Origin: Bugula neritina
Taxonomy: Eukaryota; Animalia; Bryozoa
Assembly: GCA_964035545.1 (NCBI GenBank)
Contig: OZ037772.1
Span: 3,625,538 to 3,689,537, forward strand
Direction: 5' to 3'
Length of the DNA stretch: 64,000 bases
Positions 1-11,564 of the stretch are shown here, in pieces (the stretch's first letter is position 1; each line of letters starts with the position of its first letter). A program made the translations under genes and the position numbers. The notes under the pieces were generated by a model. It did not search any database. It had not been told where the DNA came from and worked only from the letters and a program-made list of their open reading frames with translations.

Positions 1-1120
1 TAGGGGTGGTGTTGCATTTAGTAACACTTCTGTTGTGAGCAGTGATGGTCTGCTCTAAATTTGGGCAGCAACTGTAGCTGAGTTTGAGTGTGTTTTTATT
101 AAATATTTTGTGCAGTGGGTGTTTGGTGTTGAATATATCTTTTATCAGCTTGAGGTATATGGAGCCGATTTTCGTCTTTACATTGCGGCTATAAGGTGGA
201 TTGTACCAGATGACTTGTCTTTGTCTGATGGGTTTGATGCTTGTATTGGTGTTGTCGGTATAGTCTTTGTATTTGAGTTGGTAGTCATATCCGCTTTTAG
301 CCAAAGCATCTTGATATAGTGGGATGGCATTGTTGAAGATAGTTTCATTGGTAGATATGTCACAAAGTCTGCGGTTTATAGATTCTGGTATGTTATTCAG
401 TATGCTGGGAGGATGGTTAGAGTCTTTGTGTACATACAGAGGGATGTTGTTGGGCTTGGAGTACGGTGTATGATGTTTCTTGACCAGATCTAGGGTGACG
501 TCTAAATAGTCAGTTGTCTTGATATTAACATCTATGGTGATCTTTAGACCGTGTGACTGGAATAATATGCAAAGATCTTTTTTCAGTCTTTCAGCTAGTT
601 GTGGTTTAAGATCTGTTACACCTAGCCCATCGTCTCTATATAGTCCAATGTTAGCTTTGAACTTTTTTGAGATTTTACTTAACAAAAATAATCCTACTAA
701 TTCACATGTTTCAGCACCATCATGTGAGCCCATAGTGACGTCGAACAAATTATCTGATTGTCTTTTACCCCAAGATGAGTTGTCATGCACCAATATGGAT
801 TTTTTTGTGTGCAATATGATATTCCGTTCGTGGTTGCTGACTGTAGTATGCAAGTTGGCAAAGTCTAGAGAATCAGATAGTAGCTTTGGCGATATAGATG
901 GATAAAATTCTACAATATCGAACACGATAAAAGTGTGCCTGTTTGTGGTGGTCAAATTGTCAAACCAATGTAAAACTGCAGATGTGCTTTTCCACTGATT
1001 TAGGCCAAGTTTGCTGTTTATCGATGTATTAATTCTGTCAAGTAGTTGTTTACTCACCCTACCTATCTCTGGTTTGGTGGGGTTAATAAGGCGGCAGGTG
1101 GGGTTAGTTATGTAGTTAGC
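1..1120 (-). mobile_element. Penelope-like retroelement (Naiad-like clade) reverse transcriptase, 5'-truncated, runs off the window edge
   Basis: Uninterrupted minus-strand frame 1120->2 (373 codons; not in the ORF track because there is no stop inside the window): ANYITNPTCRLINPTKPEIG...FIVFDIVEFYPSIS...FDVTMGSHDGAETCELVG...IGLYRDDGLG...DYLDVTLDL...YVHKDSNHPP...IWYNPPYS...KLSYSCCPN. These are PLE RT core, thumb and linker motifs. A GIY-YIG domain would lie beyond position 1. Confidence 0.92.
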
Positions 1121-1560
1121 CTGGAAAATTCTCAGAAAAACTCAACCATACAACAACAACACTAAAATCTGTCAGCTATGCTCATGGGAAAAATTTTTCA
1201 TTCTTTATAAGCCACAGTTGTCTTCCCTCAATAAGCGCTATGACTTTTTATCCATATGCAGACATAGTAGTAAATTTCTACTCAAGAATGCTGTAACATA
1301 GCCAATTAATTACAATGCTACCTTTTTGTTATATTTTGATCTTCTAGCTTTAATCTGTGTATATTTACATATTACATTATTTATAGTTGTAAGCAATCAT
1401 AGTGGCTAATTTATCTGACGAGTGCACATCGTTCTTGTGTACGAAACTACTAGTAATAAATGCCATTATATTAATCAAATCTCATTTTACTTCTTCTAAT
1501 GTTTACGCTCTAGATTTATTTCTATAGAGCACTCTAGTAACGTTTTATAAACACTCATTT

Positions 1561-1563
<3 letters not shown>

Positions 1564-1642
<79 letters not shown>

Positions 1643-1661
1643 GCATATATATATATATATA
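1564..1661. repeat. (TA)n microsatellite
   Basis: Near-pure TA run immediately left of where block A/B homology begins. Confidence 0.95.
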
Positions 1662-2267
1662 TACATGCATATATCATCCTACTAGTAATGGATTACTAAG
1701 TACAACTCATCCTATGACTCACTCTTCTTATGCTAGCTGCACGAGATAGACAACTCACACGTGACACACACTCACAGTGCACTAGCTCTTGACACATTGC
1801 CAAGGATGATGAAATGACAGTTTCGCACCACTCCTAGCAGTTAGAGTGGCAGGGAATAGTTGTAGTATGTTGTAGTATTGGCTCCTCAGAATTCACCCCT
1901 CAGTAATTAGCTGCATTGCACAAACTTGCAACAATAGTGAATAATTATTGACAATATGGCCTCCACTCAGTAGTTAACTAGTAATTTATCTTGTCATTTT
2001 ACTCTACAAGTTACAGTTGAGTCTGTTTGTTGAGTAGCAGTTCTTTGTCATGAGTGACTATTTTCCAGCATATTAAGTACATAATATAGTCAAGTGTGTT
2101 TGTGTGATAGCCTGTGGTCTATATAATGAATGTGTGTTGATGAGTGATGAGTATTTATTTGAGTATTTGTCAAGGACATAGCTGTGTGTGTGGATGGAGT
2201 ATTTCATTACTTGAGATATACTAAACACAGCTAACACAGGTAACATACTGATTGCTATATATTGTAG

Positions 2268-5200
2268 GAAAGATCACTATGACATCACAGATCCCACAAC
2301 ACTACCAGTAGCTCAGCATGGAGACCCGTTAGAATACAAGTCTCCACCCAAACCTGCACCCATTCCTTGCGATGTGTGTAAAGGTGGAACACAAGCTGCT
2401 GTGTTTTGTCTTGAGAGTCAAAAGAAATTATGTCAGCAGCATCAAGAAGTGAGTCTTTCTTATATAATTTCTCAAGATTAGTTACTAAACCAGTTCTGGT
2501 TTGTGTGTAGAATATTGTTGAAAAGAAATGTTGAGTCTGTAGGACTTTTTATACTAAACACACAGTTTCACAGTGCAGTGAGTCAACTATGACAGACTTG
2601 TTGGTGAAAATACAACCAACTAAACTGTTGACCTTTATTATACAGAATCACAGAGAGCTGATGGGAGATAGACATCAGTTTATTGACATTGAGGTCTACA
2701 GAGCTTCTCCCCAAAGATATACTATAACTAAATGTGAACATCATAAACAGGAGCAGCTGACAGAAGTGTGTTCCAAGTGTCACCAGATATTCTGTATGAG
2801 ATGTGATATGAGGACTGGCTGTAAGGATAAGACAGGTATTTACTTGCTATTTCTATTTCTGTAGAAAGAAACTGAGAAATATTACAAGAACCTGTTATTT
2901 ATTATTTTATTATTAAAGTGAGTTATGTAACAGTAAAAGAGGAAGTAAGTTTGTCAGCATTAAGGTTTGTGAGACAGAAGTGGATAGTGCAGGAGTTTAT
3001 ATTCTCACTGTTATGTTGAATATTTAGTATATTTCATCCTTCAAGTGTCTGTTTCCTTGATAAGATGGTATAGGCATAGCTTTAACTCAGTGGTGTCCCA
3101 CCTTCTTCATACCATCCTCCTTTTTATGATTATTTTCTATTAAGTTTCCGCCTTTTTGATAAAATTGTAATTTCATTTATAAAGAAAATCTGGGACAGGT
3201 TGTTTTCCTAATAATTCATTGAGTGTAGAAAAAAGCACATTGTGTTTGACATGAATTAGTGTCTGCCACAGCTTCAGTTCAGCTTTGAAAGCATTGATGC
3301 TGCTATTAAAAGCAGTGAGTTGATGATTATAATCATTCATTTTAGGTTCAGAGTTTTTAGTACAGCAAATATATCTACTAGGTATGCAATAAGTAGTTTA
3401 TGGAGATCAGATTGACTCACTGCAAAAACTTGCTGTTGGTTTTTACTTTCAAGAAACTTTTTAACCTCCATTCATAGTAGGAGGTGTAGCAGCTAGGGTA
3501 GAAAAGGAAAAGGCACTTTGTGTTTGGCATGGACCAGTGTCTGCCACAACTTCAGTTTAGTTATAGTTATACATATACATGTAACCTGGAAAACAAGGCA
3601 AGAGCTCAAAGAGCTGGTAAACTGTGTGAATTTTTTAGAAATTAAACCCCTAAAAAGCCCGAATTCCTTGCAAGGGGAATCCCCCAAGGTTGGGAGCCAC
3701 TGCTCTAACTTTTTCAATTATATTATTCCAAGTGCAGTTATTAATGAGCTAACCTGTGAAATATTTCTAGTCCAACCAACTGTCTACTTATTACATAGTA
3801 TGTGTGTAGTGATACATCATCAACCTGTAGTTACAGGTAGTAGGTGTAGGATAAGTACAATGTCACATCTATAATAATGTTTTTATAAATAGTGTGATTT
3901 TATGTATACAGAGGAGACAGTAGCATTCCATGACTTGGCATCTTTGAGTGATTTGTCTTGTGAGTTACGAGAAAGTCTGACTAGTGGAATAGAGACTCTG
4001 TCTGAGAAAGTTGCAGAGTTGAATGACATCTCAAAGGATGCCTGGAAAGAACTGAGTAAAATAGAAGATGAAGTGAAGAAGATGGTTGCCAGAGTAAACG
4101 CTAAAGCTAATGCTCAGGTATGCTAACACGGTGATGTCCTCTAATGTATTTCTGGTTGGCTGAAATTAGGTTTTGCATTTGGTTTTTGAGTTGTAAATAG
4201 AAATAAATTTCATTTGTCACTAGAATTAACTGGCCATTAAAGCTTTATCATTCTGTGAACAAGTAGCAGTAGTCATTCATCACATGTTACTCAGTGCAGA
4301 GGAACCTGTCAATACAGATGACTCACTCATCCTTCTGCAACTGTCAATCACTCACACAGAGAGGTTGGCTGTGTGAGTGATTGACAGGTGTCAGGAGGAG
4401 GAGACTAGTCACGTGATGTACTAGCTCTCTGCTGTGTATAGAGTGTCACGTGACTGAGTCATTGTCCACTCAGTGGGCAATCTGTTATTTTCATTTCAAG
4501 TGCAGAGGTTGTGAGGTGCAGAGGTGGTTACACTGTGTTACTATTTATTAGATAGAAAAGATTAGAAAGAGAGCTACAAACCTGAGGCTAGAAATATATG
4601 GATATTTGAAGAGCTGCACACAGATAGTGGATAATTATAGAATAGAGCTGGCCTTGAGTAAGACAATGGGCAGACAGTCTCTGCTGGACACAGTACAACA
4701 TGCAGTTGATAAGTTCAATGATGCAGGGATTGTGAGAGACTACAAAGAGATGAGTGAGAAGATGGAAAAGGCTACAGATATTGGTGTAATAGAGAAGTGT
4801 GTACTTCCAGACAGCATCTTGGTACCAACATGTAGGTGGAGTCTATAAATATTAACACTAACTATAAATAACTTTCTGCTTGTAATCATGTGAGTTGCTT
4901 TTACTGAATATTTTAATAGTAGAATAAGTAGATAGAGTTTATTTATTAGAGAATTAAGTTTTTTTTCACTCTCACATTATGAGACATTTCTGCAGTGTTT
5001 CAGAGTTTATGATGTATAAGTGAGCTGCTAAACTGTGTTATGCTGACTACCTGCTGTCAGTATTAACAAGATATTCTCACTTAGACCTGTGCATCACGTA
5101 GCAACTTGTAGTAACTACAGACTGCTTGTATTTAAACATCTTTTACTTTTAAGTTTGAAAAGCTGTTCCCACCTCCTCAGGTGATGAGATTCTCAAGTTA

Positions 5201-7050
5201 TAGAATTGTTATTTTGTTGTTGCAGACAGTGAAGACAGTCTGGGACTGAAGCTGCTGCAGCCACCATCTTCTCTCCAGTCTGATGGACTTCCTGTACGTG
5301 ACTGGTGTTTCAGAGTAAACATCTCAGCTGATGGACATGTGATGTGTCGGACAATAAAAGGTGTAGAAGTAAGAAATAGAGACACTCTGGATACTATCAG
5401 CTCAGTGGAGGACACCAACACTACAGGGTGGTGGGAGAGAATCCAACCTGAAGGGGTGATGGTTGGCTGCTGGTATAACAAGAAGGAGAAAACAGCTGAA
5501 GTCTCACTTCTTGATCCGAACTCCTTTGAGAAGACTCGCTCTCTCTTCAAGCAGTCAGTAGATGGACCCTTCCTCACTTACTATAGTATAGCTCAACACG
5601 ACTCACTGCTCTATATTGTAGACACGAGTGAGAAACAGCTGGTAGTCTGTAACCTAGTTGACAATAAAATACAGAAGTTCTCACTTCCTGAGATGAAGTA
5701 CCCTCACTCTGTATGCATCCTCCCAGACTCAACTCTCCTCATAGGAGACTGGACTCCAGATGGTAAAGTGAGAAGATATAAAGTAGAGAACACAACTCTC
5801 TCTCTGATGTGGGAGTTTCCTCACATCTCATGGCCAACTGGTATTTCCTTTGATCCAACATCTGAACTGATTCACATCTGTACAGAGATAGGACCTCTCC
5901 TCATCATCTCACTGGAAGGTAAATACTCTGTTAATTATAGTAAGTCTAGTTATTTATATATAATTATGTTGCAGTAAATAATATATTTTAATAATTAACA
6001 GTAAACAACTTCCACTCATAAGATATATTATGATATTGTTAGTATTTATCAAGTCACTGATGTTATTTTTAGCTGAAAGTTATGTAATAAAGACTGTAAC
6101 ATGCTGATAGTAGATGTTATATTCTTCATCACATGACTTGTAGCTAATAATAATGTTAGTGAATAATACTGCCTCCCTACAATAAGTTTATTTCCAGCTG
6201 CAGTAACATGCAGGGTGTAAGCACAGGTAGAAGTGTATATTATACTGTATAGGTTTAAGGTGTACTCTGTGCAGTGTGCAGTGAGCTCTTAGTAAACTCT
6301 CTATTCAGTCTTCCTTTCCAAGGGTTCACCTGGTAGAGTAGAGGATAGGGACTCCACACTGCTAAGTGAGTTGGTGCTGCAAGGGGTTCAAACCCACCTA
6401 TCAGCATGTCTAGTTAGTATACTATGCAAGTGTTTTACAGTAATTTTAGAGGTGCTCAGTCTAACAACTGTGCAGACTGCCAGCTACACATGAGTTATGA
6501 GTTGTAGTTTGACTTCAGTCTAGTGCTGCTGTTGTTTTGGTCATCAGATAATTTAATTATGAATAATTTGATACTTTTTGACTGCCATTACGGAGACTAT
6601 TGTAATTTGATGGTAGCTGGTAGAGCAGTGTTTGCTGGTGGAACTCAGGTGGCTGTGGTTGGTTGTTGTCAAGTATTTAATATGTGATAATGATAGCTGC
6701 AGTGGTATTAGAAGTAGACATGTGGGTGTGTTCTTGCTCAGAGCCACAGGCTAAGTTTATGGGTCAAGGTCAATATTGTTGTATAACGAGACACTGTTTT
6801 CTATTTGAGTATTTACTTCATGCATGTAACCTGCTTAGTTGCATCTTTAAAGGCAGTCTGTCTGTTTCTCTCAATACACACCAACTGATACAATATGATG
6901 CTATTGTTTACAGGTCAACTGGTGCTTACAGTTCCCAGAGAAAGTCTTGGTGTGAGTAACTGGGTGTTGGACATTGCTGTGTATAACAGAGACACAGTGT
7001 TTCTAGCATGTAGAGATGGTGGTCTGAGGAGATACACAATAAAATACTAA
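2268..7050 (+). CDS. TRIM-family protein, paralogue A (B-box1, B-box2, coiled coil, NHL-like beta-propeller); RING exon not in window
   Basis: GT-AG exons with consistent phases: 2268-2448 (CDVCKGGTQAAVFCLESQKKLCQQH), 2646-2835 (CEHHKQEQLTEVCSKCHQIFCMRC), 3912-4117 and 4552-4831 (heptad coiled coil), 5226-5918 (propeller blades: YIVDTSEKQLVV, YPHSVCILPDSTLLIGD, WPTGISFDP), 6914-7050 (GQLVLTVP...LRRYTIKY*). About 562 codons with no internal stop. AATAAA near 7227. The first exon is phase 2, matching the RING exon at 62908-63089. Confidence 0.88.
3088..3702 (+). mobile_element. Non-autonomous hAT (Buster/Charlie-like) MITE in TRIM A intron
   Basis: Ends CAGTGGTGTCCCACCTT / AAGGTTGGGAGCCACTG; 8-bp TSD CTTTAACT / CTCTAACT with central TA. 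Related copies at 34102, 59195 and 63388. Confidence 0.8.
4272..4465. repeat. Palindromic/foldback intronic element (likely MITE remnant)
   Basis: Core stem GTCAATCACTCACACAG...CTGTGTGAGTGATTGAC with weaker outer symmetry; also present at ~35290-35480. Confidence 0.5.
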
Positions 7051-8612
7051 ACTTATCAGCTACAGTTTACTAATAATCAGCTCAGTGAGGTCCTGAGAGA
7101 TGAATTGGATAATATTTGTCATCAACATAATTATTTCATCACAATTCATCAATACACACACTCTGTAATTATAGTTAGATATGAGATGTTTTACTGTATC
7201 GAATATATGCTGCTATTTTACCATCTAATAAAGTTTATTTGTTAGTGAAAACATAGTCTGTTTTCATGCCTCTTTAGCTTTAGTTCAAGTTGAGTTCGGT
7301 TAGTAACAATAATCTATACTGGAGCAGTAACTGTAAATGACTTGTTTGTGAGAGAATTTATACACTGAATTGACATGCAGGTGCAAGTAACTCCAACATG
7401 ACTAAGTAAATTTATTACAACCATTCATAATAATATACATTCCACTGCTGTGTATACGACAGTATTAAGTAGCCAATCAAATTGTTTCTTGTCATGCAAT
7501 CAGGGATCTGATAAATAATACATAAGTCAATCAACTAAATATAAACACTGTTTTACTCTGCACATGAGCTGTCTGTGATGCAGCTGCTTTGTAAAATATG
7601 TGTAATTTGATGAGTTTAGTTCAATTGGTTAAAGTTTAATGATGACATGTTCCCCATTCACCTGGGAGAAATCCTATGAGGTATAATAGAAGACAACTCC
7701 TAAGCATGTCCAAAGGCATCCTTTTAGTAAACAATATATTGCAATGCTACCATCTGATTGGACAATTATGTCCTCATAAAATATAAGCTTAGAGCTCTTG
7801 AGTAAATTGAAACTAGTTGCCAAATGGTGATGGTAACATTTACATGTAAACTCAACTCTTTCAGGTATAGGTATTATAGTACTGATGGGTTTGTATTACT
7901 TTTACCTGCAGGGCTGACTACATTATAAATTGGTTAATTCAACTCATCTTGGATTCGACTACTACAACTTATATATATAGTATTCGGAATAACTCCAAAG
8001 TAGCATGTTTCTGTTAAAATAACATTTATAATAAACAGATAAATTATATATTTACTGATTCAATCACTATTTGAGTTTTCAAATTGAAATTCAATAAGAG
8101 AGATCAGCAAGTAATAATCATATGTTATGTAATAATATATGCAACAAAAAAGCATCATTATAAAATTTAACAAAATGTATTAGCAGTTATCTATACTGAG
8201 ATTATAATGTAATACTAATGTTGTAAAAGTATTGAACTATCAATTGATCAACCCCCTCTCTTATTATTTAACCTTTGACCTACAAACAATGCTTTCTTGT
8301 TGCTATTATACTGTCTTTTTTTAGTTGGCTCATAGAAACAGTTTCAATCTAACAAGGTAGTGTTGATACAAATCAGAGAATATGAGCTCAACAATAAAAC
8401 ATAAGAAATAAATATCCTCAATATCCTAACGAATATTCCAGAGAACACTGCAGGCTAAGCTAAGATATTTTACAACTACATGCAGTTGACATATCTTCAT
8501 GAATTGTGGACCATTTTGGTGCTTCTGTGTGCACAGACAAGTTGTAATGACTCCAACAGAAACTTTCTCAGTAGGTTTCAGTTCATCTTGAATATATTAC
8601 AGCTTGTTGTCA

Positions 8613-8762
8613 TTTGGCCTCAATATTATTGATGATACACTACCTTGTTTGGCCTCAATAGTGTTGATGGTACACTACCTAGTTTGGCCTCAATAGTATT
8701 GATGGTACACTACCTTGTTTGGCCTCAATAGTATTGATGGTACACCACCTTGTTTGGCCTCA
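8613..8762. repeat. 35-bp tandem repeat, ~4 copies
   Basis: Unit TTTGGCCTCAATAGTATTGATGGTACACTACCTTG; paralogue at 39643-39793. Confidence 0.85.
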
Positions 8763-9640
8763 TTAGTCTGGCTAATATAAAATTAACAGCACAGCTTGCA
8801 AGATTTAACTAATTTAACTTGGTTCATATTATGATGTTAATATGCTGACATTTATAACCTCTGATATATTTCTATGTTTATAACCTATCAATATGCTCTG
8901 ATCTACAGCCTTTATTGTCATTCAAGGTGTTGCTCACTGCTGGTCAACCCCATTAACCCCCAACTTACTGTCTACATAGAAAACTGTCTACTTCCCCTCC
9001 ATGGTACATAGCTCATACAATGTGTATAATTATTTGCTTTTGCACATTCATTACATAAAATACCAGCCATTGTGCTAAAAGTAGAGTTTTGTTGTAGTCT
9101 CACATATTGGAACATGGCCTTAAGATTTGTAGTTTCTGAAGCTTTTATTAAGCTAATGCAGGAGAAAATTGCTAAAAATTTACTGCAGTGAATCTTTGTA
9201 TAAACATTACTTATGAAATGCATATCTGTGGAATACTTGATCTACTCTGTATCATGTAAACTAACTTACACACAAGTTATATACAGCTACTACTAGATAA
9301 GGAAGTAATAGACTTACACTAACAGAGTTATTGACATGAAAAAGTAAATAATATTTAAATTGTGATGACTAAGTAAGTGGATGAGTCATAAACCAGTCAA
9401 AAAATAATTTCTACAAACAAACTTTATTGAGTGAATGTGACTACAGAGTCTTGACAACATAGCAGAGTAAATAATTATGTTACATAATCATTACTATCAA
9501 CATCAAATACTGCATATAAGCAGTGCAAGTTCTGTGGAATATATAATATTATACTGTGAGTAGAACACAATATATTATATTTGACATGTACTATTGATGA
9601 CCTCACTGAGCTGATTATTAGTAAACTGTAGCTGATAAGT

Positions 9641-9777
9641 TTAGTATTTTATTGTGTATCTCCTCAGTCCACCATCTTCACATGCTAGAAACACTGTGTC
9701 TCTGTTATACACAGCAATGTTCCACACCCAGCCACTAACACCAAGACTTTCTTTGGGAATTGTTACCATCAGTTCAC
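9641..9777 (-). pseudogene. Orphan inverted copy of the TRIM terminal exon (A-minus)
   Basis: After a TTTTTTAAAG acceptor it reads GELMVTIPKESLGVSGWVWNIAVYNRDTVFLACEDGGLRRYTIKY*. Frame, stop and a minus-strand AATAAA (~9423-9428) are intact. No upstream TRIM exons on this strand; homology stops at the minisatellite at ~10394. Confidence 0.85.
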
Positions 9778-10393
9778 CTTTAAAAAATATGTCAGATTGA
9801 ATCAGTTTGAGACAAACAGACAGACTACAGTGACATCACAACAGCTGACACCACTACAAGCAAGTTTCTACTTTCTAGTATATTATAGTAACTGAAATAT
9901 ATTCGATAATAATACAATAAATTTCAAATATATTTCTCACTCAGAAAGACTTCCTTTAAAGATGCAACTAAGCAGATTATGTTGAAGATAATAAAGTTCT
10001 ACCAGTCAGTATTGAATAATTCAATGAGCTGCTCTACTGTTTACTTCATAATAAATGACAACATGGAGAGACTCAACATAGAAATTTACCCCCTCAGCAA
10101 ATATGATTATACAGGAGAGAAGATATATAATATAAGTATTACATACATGAAGTAAATATTCTAACAGAAAATAGTGTCTCCTTATACGACTGTATTGACC
10201 TTGACCCACAAACTTAGCCTGTGGTTCTTATATAGAACACACCCACATGTCTACTTCTAATAATACTGCTACTGCAGCTACTCCAACATTATCACATATT
10301 AAATACTTGACAAGAACCAACCGCAGCAACCTCAGTCCCACCAGCAAACACTGCTCTACCAGCCACCATCAAATTACACTAGTCTCAGTAATA

Positions 10394-10650
10394 ATTACAT
10401 AATATAGGATATATTACATAATATAAGATATATTACATAATATAAGATATATTACATGATATAAGATATATTACATGATATAAGATATATTACATAATAT
10501 AAGATATATTACATAATATAAGATATATCACATGATATAAGATATATTACATAATATAAGATATATTACATAATATAATATATATTACATGATATAAGAT
10601 ATATTACATGAAATAAGATATATTACATAATATTAGATATATTACATAAT
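10394..10650. repeat. 19-bp minisatellite, ~13 copies
   Basis: Unit ATTACATRATATAAGATAT. Confidence 0.93.
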
Positions 10651-10873
10651 AATTATATACTCTTTCTATAATGTATAATCTTGCATACACATACAGCCAT
10701 TAAAACCTCTTGCCATTTAGTTTAAGTTTATCAATTTAGACACAAAATGCATTTGATCTTCAGTCCCATGACTGTCAAAACAACACATTTCACATTCATT
10801 GGTTATACAAGAGATTGTTTCTCCAATAATAGCAGCGTTACTCTAAATTAAAAAACCACTATAAAGTTATCAG

Positions 10874-11564
10874 TTAATTAAACAGAGTCATCTAAAGGGT
10901 ATACATGTAGATATAGAATAAGTTAATTGAATCGAGTCATCTAAAGGATATAGATATAGAATAAGTTAATTAAACAAAATCATCTAAAGGGTATAGATAT
11001 AGAATAAGTTAATTAAACAGAGTCATCTAAAGGATATAGATATAGAATAAATTAATTGAATAGAGTCATCTAAAGGGTATAGATATAGAATAAGTTAATT
11101 GAATAAAATCATCTAAAGGATATAGATATAGAATAAGTTAATTGAATAAAATCATCTAAAGGGTATAGATATAGAATAAGTTAATTGAATAAAATCATCT
11201 AAAGGGTATAGATATAGAATAAGTATATTGAATAGAGTCATCTAAAGGGTATAGATATAGAATAAGTATATTGAATAGAGTCATCTAAAGGGTATAGATA
11301 TAGAATAAGTATATTGAATAGAATCATCTAAAGGGTATAGATATAGAATAAGTTAATTGAATAGAGTCATCTAAAGGGTATAGATATAGAATAAGTATAT
11401 TGAATAGAGTCATCTAAAGGGTATAGATATAGAATAAGTATATTGAATAGAGTCATCTAAAGGGTATAGATATAGAATAAGTATATTGAATAGAATCATC
11501 TAAAGGGTATAGATATAGAATAAGTTAATTGAATAGAGTCATCTAAAGGGTATAGATATAGAAT
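10874..11564. repeat. ~43-bp minisatellite, ~16 copies
   Basis: Unit AGAGTCATCTAAAGGGTATAGATATAGAATAAGTATATTGAAT. Confidence 0.93.

Larger units (their letters stand above)
6587..10392. repeat. Large inverted repeat: TRIM A last intron plus last exon (6587-7092) versus inverted copy (9599-10392)
   Basis: 9599-9777 is the reverse complement of 6914-7092, and 9950-10392 matches intron 6587-6860 apart from insertions. Confidence 0.92.

Noticed and set aside
110-905. ORFs 110-319, 178-363 and 519-905
   Set aside because: Antisense or off-frame shadows of the Penelope-like RT frame.
6283-6415. Minus-strand SINE (B-box-like GGTTTGAACCC) in the TRIM last intron
   Set aside because: Only a B-box-like motif, with no second independent copy in the window; not enough to call.
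1-10392. Diversity-generating retroelement (RT next to a gene with a variable C-terminus and a second copy of that region)
   Set aside because: The RT is a truncated Penelope-type enzyme, differences between exon copies are not adenine-restricted, and the second copy includes intron sequence, so it is a DNA-level duplicate.
10394-11564. CRISPR-like arrays
   Set aside because: These are head-to-tail minisatellites with no unique spacers, in a eukaryotic context with no cas genes.
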